A stretch of 57,268 nt of DNA, the filler included, from Stramenopiles sp. TOSAG23-6 (lineage: Eukaryota): the NCBI GenBank assembly GCA_900128565.1. It is 4 parts of 4 records of this genome, joined end to end, with 100 filler letters (N's around TTAATTAATTAA, not from the genome) between each part and the next. Parts side by side here need not be neighbours in the genome. Positions count along the whole stretch, not along the records: positions 1 to 14,330 come from LT636143.1; positions 14,431 to 28,696 come from LT636144.1; 2 more parts are not named here. The stretch is one strand, 5' to 3'. The notes under the pieces were generated by a model. The model worked only from the letters and a program-made list of their open reading frames with translations, was not told where the DNA came from and did no database searches. The position numbers and the translations under genes are program-made. The number at the start of each line of letters is the position of its first letter. Positions within the stretch are counted from its first letter, which is position 1. Shown here piece by piece: positions 11,401-22,300 of this stretch.

Positions 11401-13248
11401 CAAAACCGTTTTTGTAGCATACTCAGTCTTCTTACGAATGCGATGCATCAAAGGATGAGAACCTAAAATATGCAATCCTGCATGCCACTTTCCGTACATA
11501 TCATATCTTTCACTACACGAAAACTGACTAAAGAACAACCATAATTCAGACACAACAGCTGGATTTGGACCAACAAGAGATAATCCTGGGAGTAATATGT
11601 CACTAACGATTTTACGCATACATTTGGATTCTTCTGGATCACTGAGAACATCACAATGTGGTGGAGTGGAACAATCATATTTCCCATACACTAACTGCAT
11701 CAAACGACAAAGTTTTGTATATAATTTAATGTCTCTTGCTACTAAGGGTCCAATTTCTGAAAGAACAGGTAGTAAAGTTGATGCTAAATTATCAAATCTT
11801 TCTGGGGCTTTAATAAAATTTGAAGAAAATGATTCATTTTCATCATCAATGATCATTCTAGACGTCGTGATCTGGTGACTATCTCTTGGCTTTATGGAAG
11901 GTATCTCAGATTGTGCTCGAAAACGCACATTTACACAAGAAATTTCAGAATTGTATATTGGTTCTATGAGATAATTGACCAATCGAATTAAAGCTAATAA
12001 AACATCTTTGTCATCTGTTGCATCAATTCCAAGCGATTCAAATCGGCGAAGCAGTTTTACAGCCAATGACCAACAACGCATATCTAACGCACCTACAAGT
12101 AGTCTGAATTTAGAATTTTGTCCAGCCTCTTCTCGGTCTTCATCAGACATTGCAATAAAAGGTTCAATTAAATAGGGTTTATCCACGAATTTGTCGCGCT
12201 GAGAATCTGATTTACCTGTGAGTGACACAACACCAATTTTTTTTAGTTTTGCTGCCATATCTTCACGATATTCTTTACTTGCTGTAATAAGTTCTGCGTC
12301 TGATGGAGATAAATGTGGCCACAGTTGGTCAACTCCATTCACTCCAAGTTTAGATTGGGCTAAAAGAAGTGCACTCAAACGACAAAGTGATACAGGAACT
12401 TGTTGAAATGCATTTGCGAAACACTGGAACTTAAAACCAAGTACATGTACAATATTATCTTCTTTAAATAAAGATACAAGTGAGTTATAACAAGGGTTTG
12501 ATAAATTATTTTCGTAACTTTCGAGTACAAGGTCAAACACTCGATTAGGATCAAGGAAAAATTGACCAATTAAACCCCGAATATTTTTCTTTACCGCGGG
12601 AAGTGTCTTATAATTTATATCTTGGTTAAGCGCAGTGATAAGCTTTGAATAACCTTCTGTTTCTTCACGAAGCAAATTAAATTTTGACTGTGTGTACAGT
12701 TGTTTAGTATTGCTTTTCACTAATTTTTTATGAATTGCATTTCGGCTTGGGATTAGGTTGGAAGATTCTAAGATATATAAATCGAGCCTTTCTTGTGCAA
12801 GATCCTTTGAAATAATTCCCTGTGATGCAAGTAAGTTAATAAGACAAGAAAGACGAGTCATACCGTCACTACTGTTACCAAGCGCGGCGCGACATTGACA
12901 GGCGACTAACCATAATACGTCTACGAGTAAAGTCATAATTCCCTCTTTTTTAGAATTACAAGCAAATTCCAAGATAGAAACAGCAACTTTTGGGGTAAAC
13001 AATTCTCCAACAACATGCCAAAGTATTTCGAGAAAGCATCGGTGAAGCTTCGCCGGAGCAGAGATAGTGTCAAGAGACGCAGCTGACAAACTGTCATCGA
13101 CAAGGGAAAACGAGTCAACACATTCCGAGACGATTTTTTTTGAAGCTATACCACTTTTGTCCTTTGAAGCCATCTTAACCGGTAGTAATTCAAATTTGCA
13201 GAAAACCATTGGATTAAACAAAAGTGGTGTAGCATCAGAGTTCGCCAT
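8494..13248 (-). CDS. THOC2: THO complex subunit 2
   Basis: Conserved motifs YTQSKFNLLREETEGYSKL, LIGQFFLDPNRVFDLVLE, NLIQPVVDSLRYLT and YMQIRNGLIVL, plus an R/D-rich tail. ATG at 13248. Confidence 0.95.
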   Translation of the reverse strand: MANSDATPLLFNPMVFCKFELLPVKMASKDKSGIASKKIVSECVDSFSLVDDSLSAASLDTISAPAKLHRCFLEILWHVVGELFTPKVAVSILEFACNSKKEGIMTLLVDVLWLVACQCRAALGNSSDGMTRLSCLINLLASQGIISKDLAQERLDLYILESSNLIPSRNAIHKKLVKSNTKQLYTQSKFNLLREETEGYSKLITALNQDINYKTLPAVKKNIRGLIGQFFLDPNRVFDLVLESYENNLSNPCYNSLVSLFKEDNIVHVLGFKFQCFANAFQQVPVSLCRLSALLLAQSKLGVNGVDQLWPHLSPSDAELITASKEYREDMAAKLKKIGVVSLTGKSDSQRDKFVDKPYLIEPFIAMSDEDREEAGQNSKFRLLVGALDMRCWSLAVKLLRRFESLGIDATDDKDVLLALIRLVNYLIEPIYNSEISCVNVRFRAQSEIPSIKPRDSHQITTSRMIIDDENESFSSNFIKAPERFDNLASTLLPVLSEIGPLVARDIKLYTKLCRLMQLVYGKYDCSTPPHCDVLSDPEESKCMRKIVSDILLPGLSLVGPNPAVVSELWLFFSQFSCSERYDMYGKWHAGLHILGSHPLMHRIRKKTEYATKTVLKRLALETVRLVGRQIGKLSHSNPLHVFQTIIMRIEAFDNLIQPVVDSLRYLTPMAADCLVCVLVSKLGGGSRSRIKADGANISHWLNSLAKFTGSFFKKYHTTEMSGLLQFITTKLKANESVDLCILQQLLARVAGLETFDQISDQQLEGLAGGSELKQQTSILAISSTHISSRATSSLKKALVDGEKPFALPLLVMISQQLDATVFSQSSVAGTHLKMIGGNFDDVQVTLRMYCEFLNQHLSPEEIVSRLPLPSLSSLILDYNVSPAAAFNMCRSSLRRALQVKDDKSSNACLIPWQPFANPMINAIRTIFADQWNSLSPELYMTFWTYELYDIYVPETLYQSRIKSIKDRIAALANKPVSTFGKLSSEVKAEEKLRRKTNDNLSSSLSKLKRELAAQQACSRVVLQSMNLTKSNWLCNISDEKDSESISEQIVRRLLFPRLKYSPAGASYSAKFILLLHNLNTPSFSTTKCLEICFNALPATVLCLSECEAGNLGIFLKEIFQLIKSWRSSTKLFGLGAQSKVGFLVEPSNSKNKTKLTYVQFKKLSQKWYDRVAQVMMQCLDSSDYMQIRNGLIVLLKISEIFPWCYKTSALLEKYTAKLVDAEEREDLRIMASRYHATLSKLLKGFKPAVGDVVAKSNSKKGRSTRKNSSSERAVSGNGAMQSSSRLKDREDGKRRDGDDRRRDGPKRDDRRDDRRDGPRRDGPRRDDRRDGPRRDGPKRDDRRDGPKRNRDDPRGSYRKDMNNVGRATLDREKNIRGDKDRRDRSRSRERPNTNNFKRDRGRDRDKDSNPKVGSKRSRETVVNANKSKGISFSSNRPVKRHRSMNNGNTSNMNSSKRDRGNNSPVPPSSNSRSQKQNSNRTSLNTESALRLKLEKAKQDKLKTRPKSPRRSPRANGRENKKDAEKHRESSKKSSRDNRDGGRQNSRRQSGGRKSLGVNGDGNRNGKKKVSPNNRGNRNNRNRR

Positions 13249-13355
13249 TTTTTTAGACAAATTACCCTTTATTAATTATAATATGGGTGAAAGTCTGTGT
13301 ACAACACGACATCATGACACTCGAGTTGTTCGAACTTCGAAGTTCGACCTGTACG

Positions 13356-13370
13356 TAACCCTAACCCTAG
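13356..13370. promoter_or_regulatory. Telomere-type motif TAACCCTAACCCTA in divergent promoter
   Basis: One of five similar motifs, all in 5' intergenic regions. Confidence 0.5.
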
Positions 13371-13663
13371 TAGGTAGAACAAAATCGCGAGTCAAAGTCA
13401 ACACGACGACGACAGTCAACACTTGACGTAGCTACATGTCATGATTTACAAAATTTAATTGTCGACAAAATACTACAAGTAGCTACACATTAAAGCACAG
13501 AGTAATCTTCTTGATCAGCAGCAGTCATTGATGATAATAATTACGTACACTAGCTAGCTAGCTTTCGTGCCATTTTAGTCTGCTAGAGATAGAAGAATTA
13601 AACGTAGTTTTTTATGGATCTATTTGTATCAATAATTTAGACACTTTTAACTTGAGTCAATAA

Positions 13664-14263
13664 ATGTTTTCGACAACCGATTCTGTTCCAAGGTTACCTC
13701 ACCCTGTGACTAGTTTGGATTTACGAAGTCTCTCCAGATTTTCAGCTCTTCTTTCATTGGGATCTGGATTGAAGTGCGGATATTTATTAGAGCGTTCTAG
13801 AACTAGTAAGTCATTTGAGACTGATTGGCGTAGGCGCTGGTTTGTGTTAAAGGAACGTCAACTTTTTCATTATTCACATAATTATAGTGATAGCCAAGAA
13901 GCCTCTAACAACCGAAGTAATTTTGGTACAGATGTGGGTTCAATATCTCTGGTAGGTGTTGAGCCATGTGACATTTCGGAGTACGTTTTAGTTTTTTTCA
14001 ATTTTTATCTACATTTTTTTTCATACGAAATTTCGTACCTAACGATTTTTTTTAAAAAGAAAATATTTTTTCACAATATATGTCGCAAGATTCAAAATCC
14101 TCGTTTATATTTGAACTTGATTTACCACGAAGTTTTCATCAGCTAAGAGCATCTACTCGAACTGAAGCACAAGAGTGGGTTCAGATTCTACAAGAACAAG
14201 TCCGCTTGGTAAAAGAGAACGAATACTTTAATATGGCTGAACTCATCATTGCTGATAGTGAAT
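13664..14263 (+). CDS. PH-domain protein, 3' truncated by contig end; exons 13664-13980 and 14082-14263
   Basis: KCGYL...WRRRWFVLK...GSISL...FIFEL...LRAST..EAQEWVQIL forms one PH domain only after splicing. Confidence 0.8.
13981..14081 (+). other. Repeated-family intron, GT...AT (101 nt)
   Basis: GTACGT...TACGAAATTTCGTACCTAAC...CACAATATAT. The phase-2 join GA|G restores the PH frame. AGs at 14058-14059 and 14088-14089 are out of frame. Confidence 0.8.
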
Positions 14264-14330
14264 GTATATTTTATTTTTTTTTTTTACAAAAAAATCGAAT
14301 TTTTTTTTCATACGAAATTTTGTACCTAAC
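14264..14330 (+). other. Repeated-family intron, 5' part (contig ends in the conserved core)
   Basis: AT|GTATAT...TACGAAATTTTGTACCTAAC followed by Ns. Confidence 0.8.
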
Positions 14331-14430
14331 NNNNNNNNNNNNNNNNNNNNNNNNNNNNNNNNNNNNNNNNNNNNTTAATTAATTAANNNNNNNNNNNNNN
14401 NNNNNNNNNNNNNNNNNNNNNNNNNNNNNN
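14331..14430. other. Artificial contig linker
   Basis: 44 N + TTAATTAATTAA (stops in six frames) + 44 N. Confidence 0.95.
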
Positions 14431-14457
14431 AGGGAGGATTTTGTCTGTCCCATGAAG

Positions 14458-14555
14458 ATATATTTCAAAAAAAAAAAAAAAAAAAATCATTAGTACAACA
14501 TTTTTGTACGAAAAAAAAAATAAATTTAAAATTTCAAATTGAAATGAAAACATAC
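14458..14555 (-). other. Repeated-family intron, GT...AT (98 nt)
   Basis: Minus strand AT|GTATGT...CGTACAAAAATGTTGTACTAAT...GAAATATAT. The host exons are not identified, so the acceptor is less certain. Confidence 0.6.
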
Positions 14556-14651
14556 ATGTCTTTTTTTTTGTGTATCAGTAATGAGTCCTTCAGATACCAA
14601 ATCTGAGTAAGGTATATTGACCCCCTTAAGAGCAAGGGCACTACCATTATA

Positions 14652-14743
14652 CTGTATTTTGGAAAAATATTTCAAAAAAAAAATCGTTAGGTAAAAAATT
14701 TCGTACGAAAAAAAAATCGAATTTGAAAAAAAATAAAACATTC
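14652..14743 (-). other. Repeated-family intron, GA...AG (92 nt), possibly chimeric
   Basis: Minus strand AT|GAATGT...TTCGTACGAAATTTTTTACCTAAC...AAAATACAG. Confidence 0.6.
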
Positions 14744-15250
14744 ATAAAGCATAGGTTTCACAATGTTTTGTGTCTGAAGAAAACGTTTAAAGATTTCAAA
14801 TAAACAGAGAGGCGGTAGCGCAAGTGTCATAATTCGAATATATACACAAACTAAAGATACAACAGTTTCGTCTTGTCCTAGTGAGATAAGACATGGTGAT
14901 ATAAAGAAAAGCCATAATAAAGTTATAGGTAACCACGCTGCCACACAAATACATATTGCACGTAAAGTTAAAATTCCTATTGTATGCATGTCTCCTCGAC
15001 CGTATGCTTGGGAACACAAAGTGTCCATCCCACTTAGTAAACCAATAAGGACACTGGCTCCTGTAATATTGAACGTCATTTGCGAAAGTGAAGCAGCCGA
15101 AAGATAGATAGGTGAAAGTCTACGACCGACAAACGATATAGTTATCAAAGTAATACTAAAATTCAAAAAGTATGTGAGTATAAGCGGCCACGCAAGGTAC
15201 CATAGCTTAGGTAACTCTTTCAATGAAGTTGAAAAGAAATTAGGAATCAT
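14744..15250 (-). CDS. MATE-family efflux transporter, first exon only
   Basis: LAWPLIL...SFVGR...LSAASL...GLLSGMDTLCSQAYG...RFLQTQNIVKP is a typical MATE N-half. ATG at 15250. Confidence 0.85.
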
Positions 15251-15739
15251 TTTACAAAGCAGTGCTTTTTCCTTGAACACTAACTAGAGCACTTGATAAT
15301 GTTGCGTGTGTGGAACTAATAATACATTCAAATCGTCAACGGAACAAAATAGTACTATATCACATATATGATATCATTGTGTATTATCCTCTTCTTGATA
15401 GAAATGTATTATGATTTTTATTCAATTTTCTGCTTTCTGAATTCGATAATGATTTCAATTGATGATTTAGATGAAGCTCCAAGATAATAAACTTTATAAG
15501 TTTATAAGGAACGAACGAAGTGATGCTTGAATGTCAACAACATCATTTCGATTTGATTTGACCGGTGTCGTCCGATACCCGGGACCGAAGGTTTTTGCTA
15601 AAATTTTTATTTTTAGCGAGAAGATTTTTTTTCTGCCTTTGTTGTTGTTTGTGTGCACTTCAAAAAAAATAAATTTAAATTGGTTTCATGAAACATTTAA
15701 AAACGCAGCATTTGTTTACATAGTTTTTATTAGTTAGTT

Positions 15740-16393
15740 ATGCGTTTTATTTTCTTAATGCTATTTTCAGTTCAACGGCTAGGTTCGTCAAAGTTTCTTC
15801 GTGGACCGTTGAAAAGTTCATTACCGTGTACTACAGTAGTAACGTCCCCTTCATTTTTGGAATTATCTGAACATGGGGAAAGTGTCTTTCTCGTTCAACC
15901 GACTCAAGTTGCCCCTGCGACTTCTTACTTGCAGCAAATACCCTCGTTTTCTTGGGACAGTATGCAACAATCTGCCAGAATGTCAAATGCCAACAGGGCA
16001 ACTCCAAAGGTGTTGGATACTGGTTATGGTACAATGAATGATTTTCCGTATGGTTTTACTTCTGGTCGTCTGAATAAATTACCATGGCATCTTTATAAAG
16101 GTTTAGATTTAATGAGCTTATTGAAGGATTATTCAGGAAGGGGAACAAGTGGAAAGCCAGACACCTATAGAAATTGGAATTCAATTAGTCCAGAAAAGGG
16201 TTCAAAAAGTCCTGCTGTTGGTGATGAAATGAATGACTATCAAAAAGCTATGTTGTATAGTAGCATTAATCAGCTTGGCGCGGCCACTGTACCAATAAAT
16301 GTAATTTCTCCTCCGCAACAGCAGGGGATAATCGGTCCGACTTTGGGTAGTGCACAATATTATGGAGGTTTACCTTCAAGTTCATACTACTGA
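15740..16393 (+). CDS. Uncharacterised protein with possible signal peptide
   Basis: 217-aa ATG-initiated ORF with a short hydrophobic N-terminus. No recognised domain. Confidence 0.6.
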   Translation: MRFIFLMLFSVQRLGSSKFLRGPLKSSLPCTTVVTSPSFLELSEHGESVFLVQPTQVAPATSYLQQIPSFSWDSMQQSARMSNANRATPKVLDTGYGTMNDFPYGFTSGRLNKLPWHLYKGLDLMSLLKDYSGRGTSGKPDTYRNWNSISPEKGSKSPAVGDEMNDYQKAMLYSSINQLGAATVPINVISPPQQQGIIGPTLGSAQYYGGLPSSSYY

Positions 16394-16452
16394 AAGTCAT
16401 CAATAATATTTCGTAATATGTACATAAAAGTAGTATGTTGTAAACTAATAAA

Positions 16453-17889
16453 TTATTGTAAAGGTTTATTTTCTGTTGTATTACTTTTGAATGATGAATT
16501 TTCATCAAGCACTATATTTACCATTTGTTTTCCATTATTTATAGAATCAATTGTCTTTTTAGAAACTGTATCCTTACTAATGGAATCCATTGTCTTGGTA
16601 GTTTTATCAATCATTCTTTGAAGAACATTTTGTCTTTTCATAACTCTTTTTAGTGCATTTAATTCTCCAGTAACACAACTAAGTTTTGTATTTAAAGATT
16701 GTATAGAATGTTTGGTATTATTTAATTCTATATCAGACAATCTTTTTCCATCTTTACTTTTCTCTAATTCTGTCTTTAAATATTGAATACGATTTCGCAT
16801 TCCACCCAAGGAATTTTCATCTGAACCATTCAATATCAACATTTCTTTCTCTAAATTTTCCACACGTGTTGTTTTTATTTTTAATAATTCACATATTGTT
16901 GACAGCTCATCGTGTGCCTTCTGTTTTACATCAACAAAGGTGGATTCAGTGATTTTCTGTCGTTTGTCAGCTTCAGCGACAGTCTTGAATGCCTTTTCCA
17001 ATTCATCTTTTTGAGATATTTGAATACTTTTAAGTTCCTCCAATTCATTAACTAAAAAACATACTCTATCTGAAAGATCTTGAGCATAATCTAATGCACC
17101 ATCTCTATCCACAACTAATTTATTGATTTCTTTTTTTAAAGTATTAATTGTAACACTTTGGTTTGAAAGTTGCTTAGATAGACTTTCCTGAGCTTTGCAA
17201 GCTATTTGACGATCACGCGCAAGTCTAAGGCTAGCATCCTGTTCTTCTGCTAATGCACACTCAATTGTATTTAATCGACCAGTTAGATCGGACACTTGGT
17301 TGACTAGTGTTTTTTTTTGCTTTTGGCTCTTTGCGAGTTCTATAAGTAACTCTGAACTGATTGTATTCTCAACATTATTTTTATTATGACCTCTTGCGGC
17401 TAAACGACTTTGATTAGACATGCTTTTTGCACGAATTTTCACAGCATTCTTCAGTATTGCAATTTCTTCATTGATGACTTCTGTTTCACTATTTTTTTCA
17501 GAAAGTTTATTTTGGAGAGTTGTACGCTCGGTTTGCAAAGAATTAACTTTCTTGCGTAAACTTTCAATCTTTGATACAAGATACCCATTTTTCCCACCCT
17601 GTGTAAGCTTTAGCTCTAGTGATCGGATATAATGAGTATTGATTTTAGTATTTTCCTCTAATGATACGATATTGCTCTTTAATCGCGTACACTCGCGCTT
17701 GTACTTCAATACGTCTCTTTCGATCATACTTTTCTTGGAACGCTGATCTCTCACGTCACGAAGAGCTACCTCCAACTTTCCTTCCAAAGTAGATAGCTTT
17801 TTTGTTGTACGCTGAAACGCAATTTTTAAAGATGAATGTGCTTTTGAGGCTGCGATTTTACGCGCTTCAGAAGGCCGCACTTGAAACAT
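16453..17889 (-). CDS. Coiled-coil protein
   Basis: 478-aa ORF with heptad-rich composition. Confidence 0.75.
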   Translation of the reverse strand: MFQVRPSEARKIAASKAHSSLKIAFQRTTKKLSTLEGKLEVALRDVRDQRSKKSMIERDVLKYKRECTRLKSNIVSLEENTKINTHYIRSLELKLTQGGKNGYLVSKIESLRKKVNSLQTERTTLQNKLSEKNSETEVINEEIAILKNAVKIRAKSMSNQSRLAARGHNKNNVENTISSELLIELAKSQKQKKTLVNQVSDLTGRLNTIECALAEEQDASLRLARDRQIACKAQESLSKQLSNQSVTINTLKKEINKLVVDRDGALDYAQDLSDRVCFLVNELEELKSIQISQKDELEKAFKTVAEADKRQKITESTFVDVKQKAHDELSTICELLKIKTTRVENLEKEMLILNGSDENSLGGMRNRIQYLKTELEKSKDGKRLSDIELNNTKHSIQSLNTKLSCVTGELNALKRVMKRQNVLQRMIDKTTKTMDSISKDTVSKKTIDSINNGKQMVNIVLDENSSFKSNTTENKPLQ

Positions 17890-18159
17890 GGTGGAACAAA
17901 ATAATATCTAAGTAGAGAAGAACTTTGTGGTTAATTTGAAATTGGAATTCAAATTTTTGAAAATTATTCAAAAAAACCGTTTTGAAAATTTTCATTTTTT
18001 TCAATTTTTCTATTTCGATTTATTTCGTGTTTTTTGAATGACATTTTTTGCTACTCTGGTCTGGTTATGACAGGACGTTAAAACTTAAAATAGGTACAAC
18101 AAAAAGCATATAATTAATTTGGTCTTTCTAATAGTTTCTATCTTCAGGGAAAGGCCATA

Positions 18160-19209
18160 ATGCAAAGTTTAATAGGAGTACGCCCTGTGCTTGGGACAAT
18201 GACATTTTCTGGGCAAACTAATAAAGAGGGTTCGATTAAGCAGTTGACAGTATTTGCTGAAAAAGCTAAGGACTTTGGCTTTAACTGTGAACTTGACACA
18301 GCTAGGATGTATCAACACGGTGAAACAGAAGAGCTACTTGGTGAGATTTTAGGTTCTAATGCTCAAGGTCCATGTTGTCAAAAGTACATTGCTGCGTCAA
18401 AGATAAATCCATTTAAAGGATATGATGAATGCCTCTCACCTAAAGATTGTGAGCGTCAGTGTAATGCAACACTCAAGTCATTGAAATCTGGCAAACTGAA
18501 CATTCTATACTTGCATGCACCGTGCCGAAAAACCAAACTCTTGGATACGCTATTTGCTGTCAAGAAGCTTCACGATGAAGGTAAATTTGTTGAACTAGGT
18601 CTTTCGAATAGTTCTGCTTCAGAGGTAATGCAAATCTGGCATCTTTGTAAGAAACATGATATTGTTCTTCCTACTGTATATCAAGGAATGTACAACGCAA
18701 TCACTCGCCAGATAGAGACAGAGCTTCTTCCTGTTTGTCGTCAACTTGGTATTAGATTTTATGCGTACAATCCACTGGCTGGTGGATTGTTAACGGGGAA
18801 ATATTCTCTTGATCAGTTAAAAGCAAATAAAACCCCCAAAACGGGTCGTTTTAATAATCCCATGTACAGAGAGAGATTCTTTAGACCAGCTTACTTTTCT
18901 GCTATTGAAATGATGAGCGTGGTTTGTGCGGCCTCAGGTATTTCAATGGCTGATGCTGCTCTTCGATATTTATCCCAACACTCTCTTCTTACTGCTGAGC
19001 ATGGTGATGCCATTATCATAGGCGCTAGTAACTTTGATCATTTTACTGCTAACATTGATTCTTTAACAAAGCAGGAGAAACTTCCAGATGCAGTTGTAGC
19101 TGCTTATGATATGTGTTGGAAAATGTGTCGTGGTGAGTGTCCTCTTTATTTTAGGGGATTTTCAGGTATGGATCTTACTGCTGTAGATATTAAAAAATAT
19201 GAAGAGTAA
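18160..19209 (+). CDS. Aldo-keto reductase, AKR7 (aflatoxin B1 aldehyde reductase)-like
   Basis: VLGTMTF, ELDTARMY, ILYLHAP, GKFVELGLSN, PTVYQGMYNAITR and FYAYNPLAGGLLTGKY. Confidence 0.9.
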   Translation: MQSLIGVRPVLGTMTFSGQTNKEGSIKQLTVFAEKAKDFGFNCELDTARMYQHGETEELLGEILGSNAQGPCCQKYIAASKINPFKGYDECLSPKDCERQCNATLKSLKSGKLNILYLHAPCRKTKLLDTLFAVKKLHDEGKFVELGLSNSSASEVMQIWHLCKKHDIVLPTVYQGMYNAITRQIETELLPVCRQLGIRFYAYNPLAGGLLTGKYSLDQLKANKTPKTGRFNNPMYRERFFRPAYFSAIEMMSVVCAASGISMADAALRYLSQHSLLTAEHGDAIIIGASNFDHFTANIDSLTKQEKLPDAVVAAYDMCWKMCRGECPLYFRGFSGMDLTAVDIKKYEE

Positions 19210-19320
19210 AAACTTGACCATAATTATTGTGGACTTTGTCTATTGAAAATTAATATGTGTTTTTTGTTTGGTGGAGACTTGAAAAATAAATAAAAAGTAA
19301 AAAAGTTGAATTCATTGTAT

Positions 19321-22300
19321 TTATTTCGCTCCTAATTTTGATCTTCTCTTTCTACCTCTTTCTCTATCAACAGATGCAGCATATCGTGACATTGACATAC
19401 TTCGCGGAGCACCCGAAACAGCTGCTGCAGCTAAATAAGTTTCAATCATTTTGATACGCTTGAATATATCCATTCCTTCTGTTTGACGTTCTTGTAATGT
19501 TTTTATGCGAGCTTCGAAAAGTGCTGTTTCAGATTTAGCTTCTGATTTACTACACATTAAACGAATAAGTTCACATCGCAATAAAATCATTTCTTCTCTT
19601 GCATCAACAGAATCATTCATCACATATGTTCGAATTGAATTATTTTTTCTGTGTAAATCTTTAATCTTTTGATGATCTATACATGCTGCAACTAAATCAT
19701 CAGCATCGACAAGTACTCTGCGATATTTTCTACACATACGCTTTGATTTTACCTTTCCTTGAAGAGTTTGGCGAAACTGTCTAGATTTGTCTAACTTAGC
19801 TTTAACAGCATTTTCATATGTTTTATTCAGGTTGTACTTTGTAGCAGGCGGCAAGGTGCTATCTTTATTCTTATCTATGACTCTTGTTTTATGTGTACCA
19901 ACACCTTCCCTCTTTTTCCATCTAACCTTTGCTTTTGTTTTACCCTGAATACTTCGGCGACCTCCTACTTGCCTCTTTGGCGAGTTGGGGAGTTCACCTA
20001 AATGCTGTAATTTAGTTTTTTTACTAAGCGCCTTTTTTACACCATATGTATCAGATAGTACACTCTGATCTTTAATGAATCTCCCACTATCGTCTACTAC
20101 AAGTTTTTTATCATTTTGATACTCCGATACAATTTCTATGGTCATCTTTAAATGGTTCCATAAATCAGTTTTATCGCTCGTTAAAGAAAGTGACTTTGAT
20201 TTCAATAAGTTTGTAATAGATGCTCTTAAATCTTCGATTTGTTTTTCACCTAGAGCCACAGAATTTTCAGCTGCTATGACTGTTTCTCTTTTGGCTTCGA
20301 ATGCGAGGTCGGGACCAGTATAACAGCTACTATCTCGAACTAATTTGTTGCCATTCGGCGGAAGATATAAACTACCTATTTCACAACTTCCGCGGATTGT
20401 ATCGGTAGTCTTTGAACAAGAATCTCTTTCATCTAAAGTGTTGTTGATAAATTTAATAAAATCAAATTTATCTTTTGGATCTTCCCAGTCAGGTAATAAA
20501 TGTGGTGGTGGAATATTTTGTTGGTCCATTGCATTAGACTTCATCTTTTCCCTTGTGTCTTCTTCCCATTTCATAAGATCAATCATGCGCTGCTTTTGAC
20601 GCATATAAATTTCTTCTTGGTGCAACTCTGTAAGCTTCTTGTATGTATGGTGTAGTTGCTGATGTCGCTTCATTTTATTTTCTGTGCACACACTCAATAA
20701 TTTAGCAGCATGTAGTAAATCACTCCACAATTCGTTTTCAGAAGTTTTTAATGCCAAGTTCTTGATATTACTCGCTCGTATTATCCCGTGTATGTGTTTC
20801 GAAATCATTGCATCCACCAAAATTGGGCAGATATCATTCTTCAAAACCCATCGAAATCTAGTTGATATAGGAACGGGTCTACCAGAAATTGCAGACAATG
20901 CGAATTCAAATCTCGCTTTTATATTATATGGAGGATATGATGGAGCAATAGCATGTGATACACATTCTGATTCACTAACTGGCGTTTTATTAAAAGCCAT
21001 CCATGAAGCTTCACTTGCATTACATGAAATGTACTTTGAAATACTTCTTGTCATGGCTTGCTGTTTACTATATTGGAATCCCGTATAATCTACTCCATGA
21101 CTACCACTTTCATTGATATAATTTTGTTGTATTTTTTTATAATCTTTAAACCTATCTACGATCAAGGCAATCGTCTTTAATATGGATGACAGTTTGTTTT
21201 CTATATTTTTTCTTTCTTCTGTAACAAAATGAGACATTGCTTTAGCACACAGATCCCAATGAACACGGTTTTTTTCTTCTTGTTTACATCGTGTACTTAC
21301 CAGGATGGAAGCACATTTACCTTGATATTCTATAAAGTCTAAGTCTAACGATGATTTCTTTGTTTTTACAGTTTTCTTTGCGTCAAGAAGGTTTTGGATA
21401 GGAACTAGATCAGAGTTTCCCGCTTCAAAAACTTCTAAGCGATGAGTTAATTCTTTCACTAATTTTCTTTCTTTTAAAATATGCATGACTTTCTCCTTTG
21501 TTTTATTGAGTTCTTTCATACATGCTCTGTTCTCTCTTTCATTGCGAGCCAAGAGTTGCTCGGCTGTTGAATCTTCTGAGGGGGGATGACTGACGTAATA
21601 TGCCGCGTCTTCATTGGCTTCACATTCTGCCTCGGCCTCTAATTCCTCTTCATCACCGTATGTAAGGTCCTGTAGATCTTCAGATTTTTGTGTGACTTTT
21701 TCAAGAGAAACGTTTGCCTGATCTATTATAGAAGGTAAAGCTTTAGCTCTTTCATGAAGTTTATCAATATCTTCACGAAGTTTGCTACATTCTTTCTGAT
21801 AAGGAGCAAGGTAAGTTATTTCAACCTCTTTATCACATTCTGATATAGCAATGGATAAAGCATTCGCTTCTGCGTTCAAAGCTTGCTCTTTCAATAATAA
21901 TTCTTCCATTTCCGCTGAATGTATGGCTTTTCGCGTTTGTGTTTTCATCATTATTTCATTAATATTTGCATCAGATTCCTTCTCTATAATTTCTATAGTT
22001 TCCTTTTCTTTTTCTATGGACTCTTGTAAAGTTGAATTTAATTCTTTTTCCGCCTTTGCCCAAATATCTTTTGCCTCGTGTAATCTTTTTTGAACATCAG
22101 ATGTGACTAATACTGCCGCATCAAACTGATTTTTAATTGTGGATTCTTTTTCACGCAATTTATCCAACTCGGGTATTGATTTCTCCAGTCGAGCTAATGC
22201 TTCCATATCACCCATCATAGCACCTGATCCACCATCATCCTTACCTGTAGATCGTTGAGCATTTCTCAAAGTACTTTTGAATGAATCACTTTCTATCTTT

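Noticed and set aside
14375..14386. TTAATTAATTAA palindrome, also at 28741 and 43081
   Set aside because: Embedded symmetrically in N runs; an artificial six-frame-stop linker. Gene adjacency across these points is meaningless.
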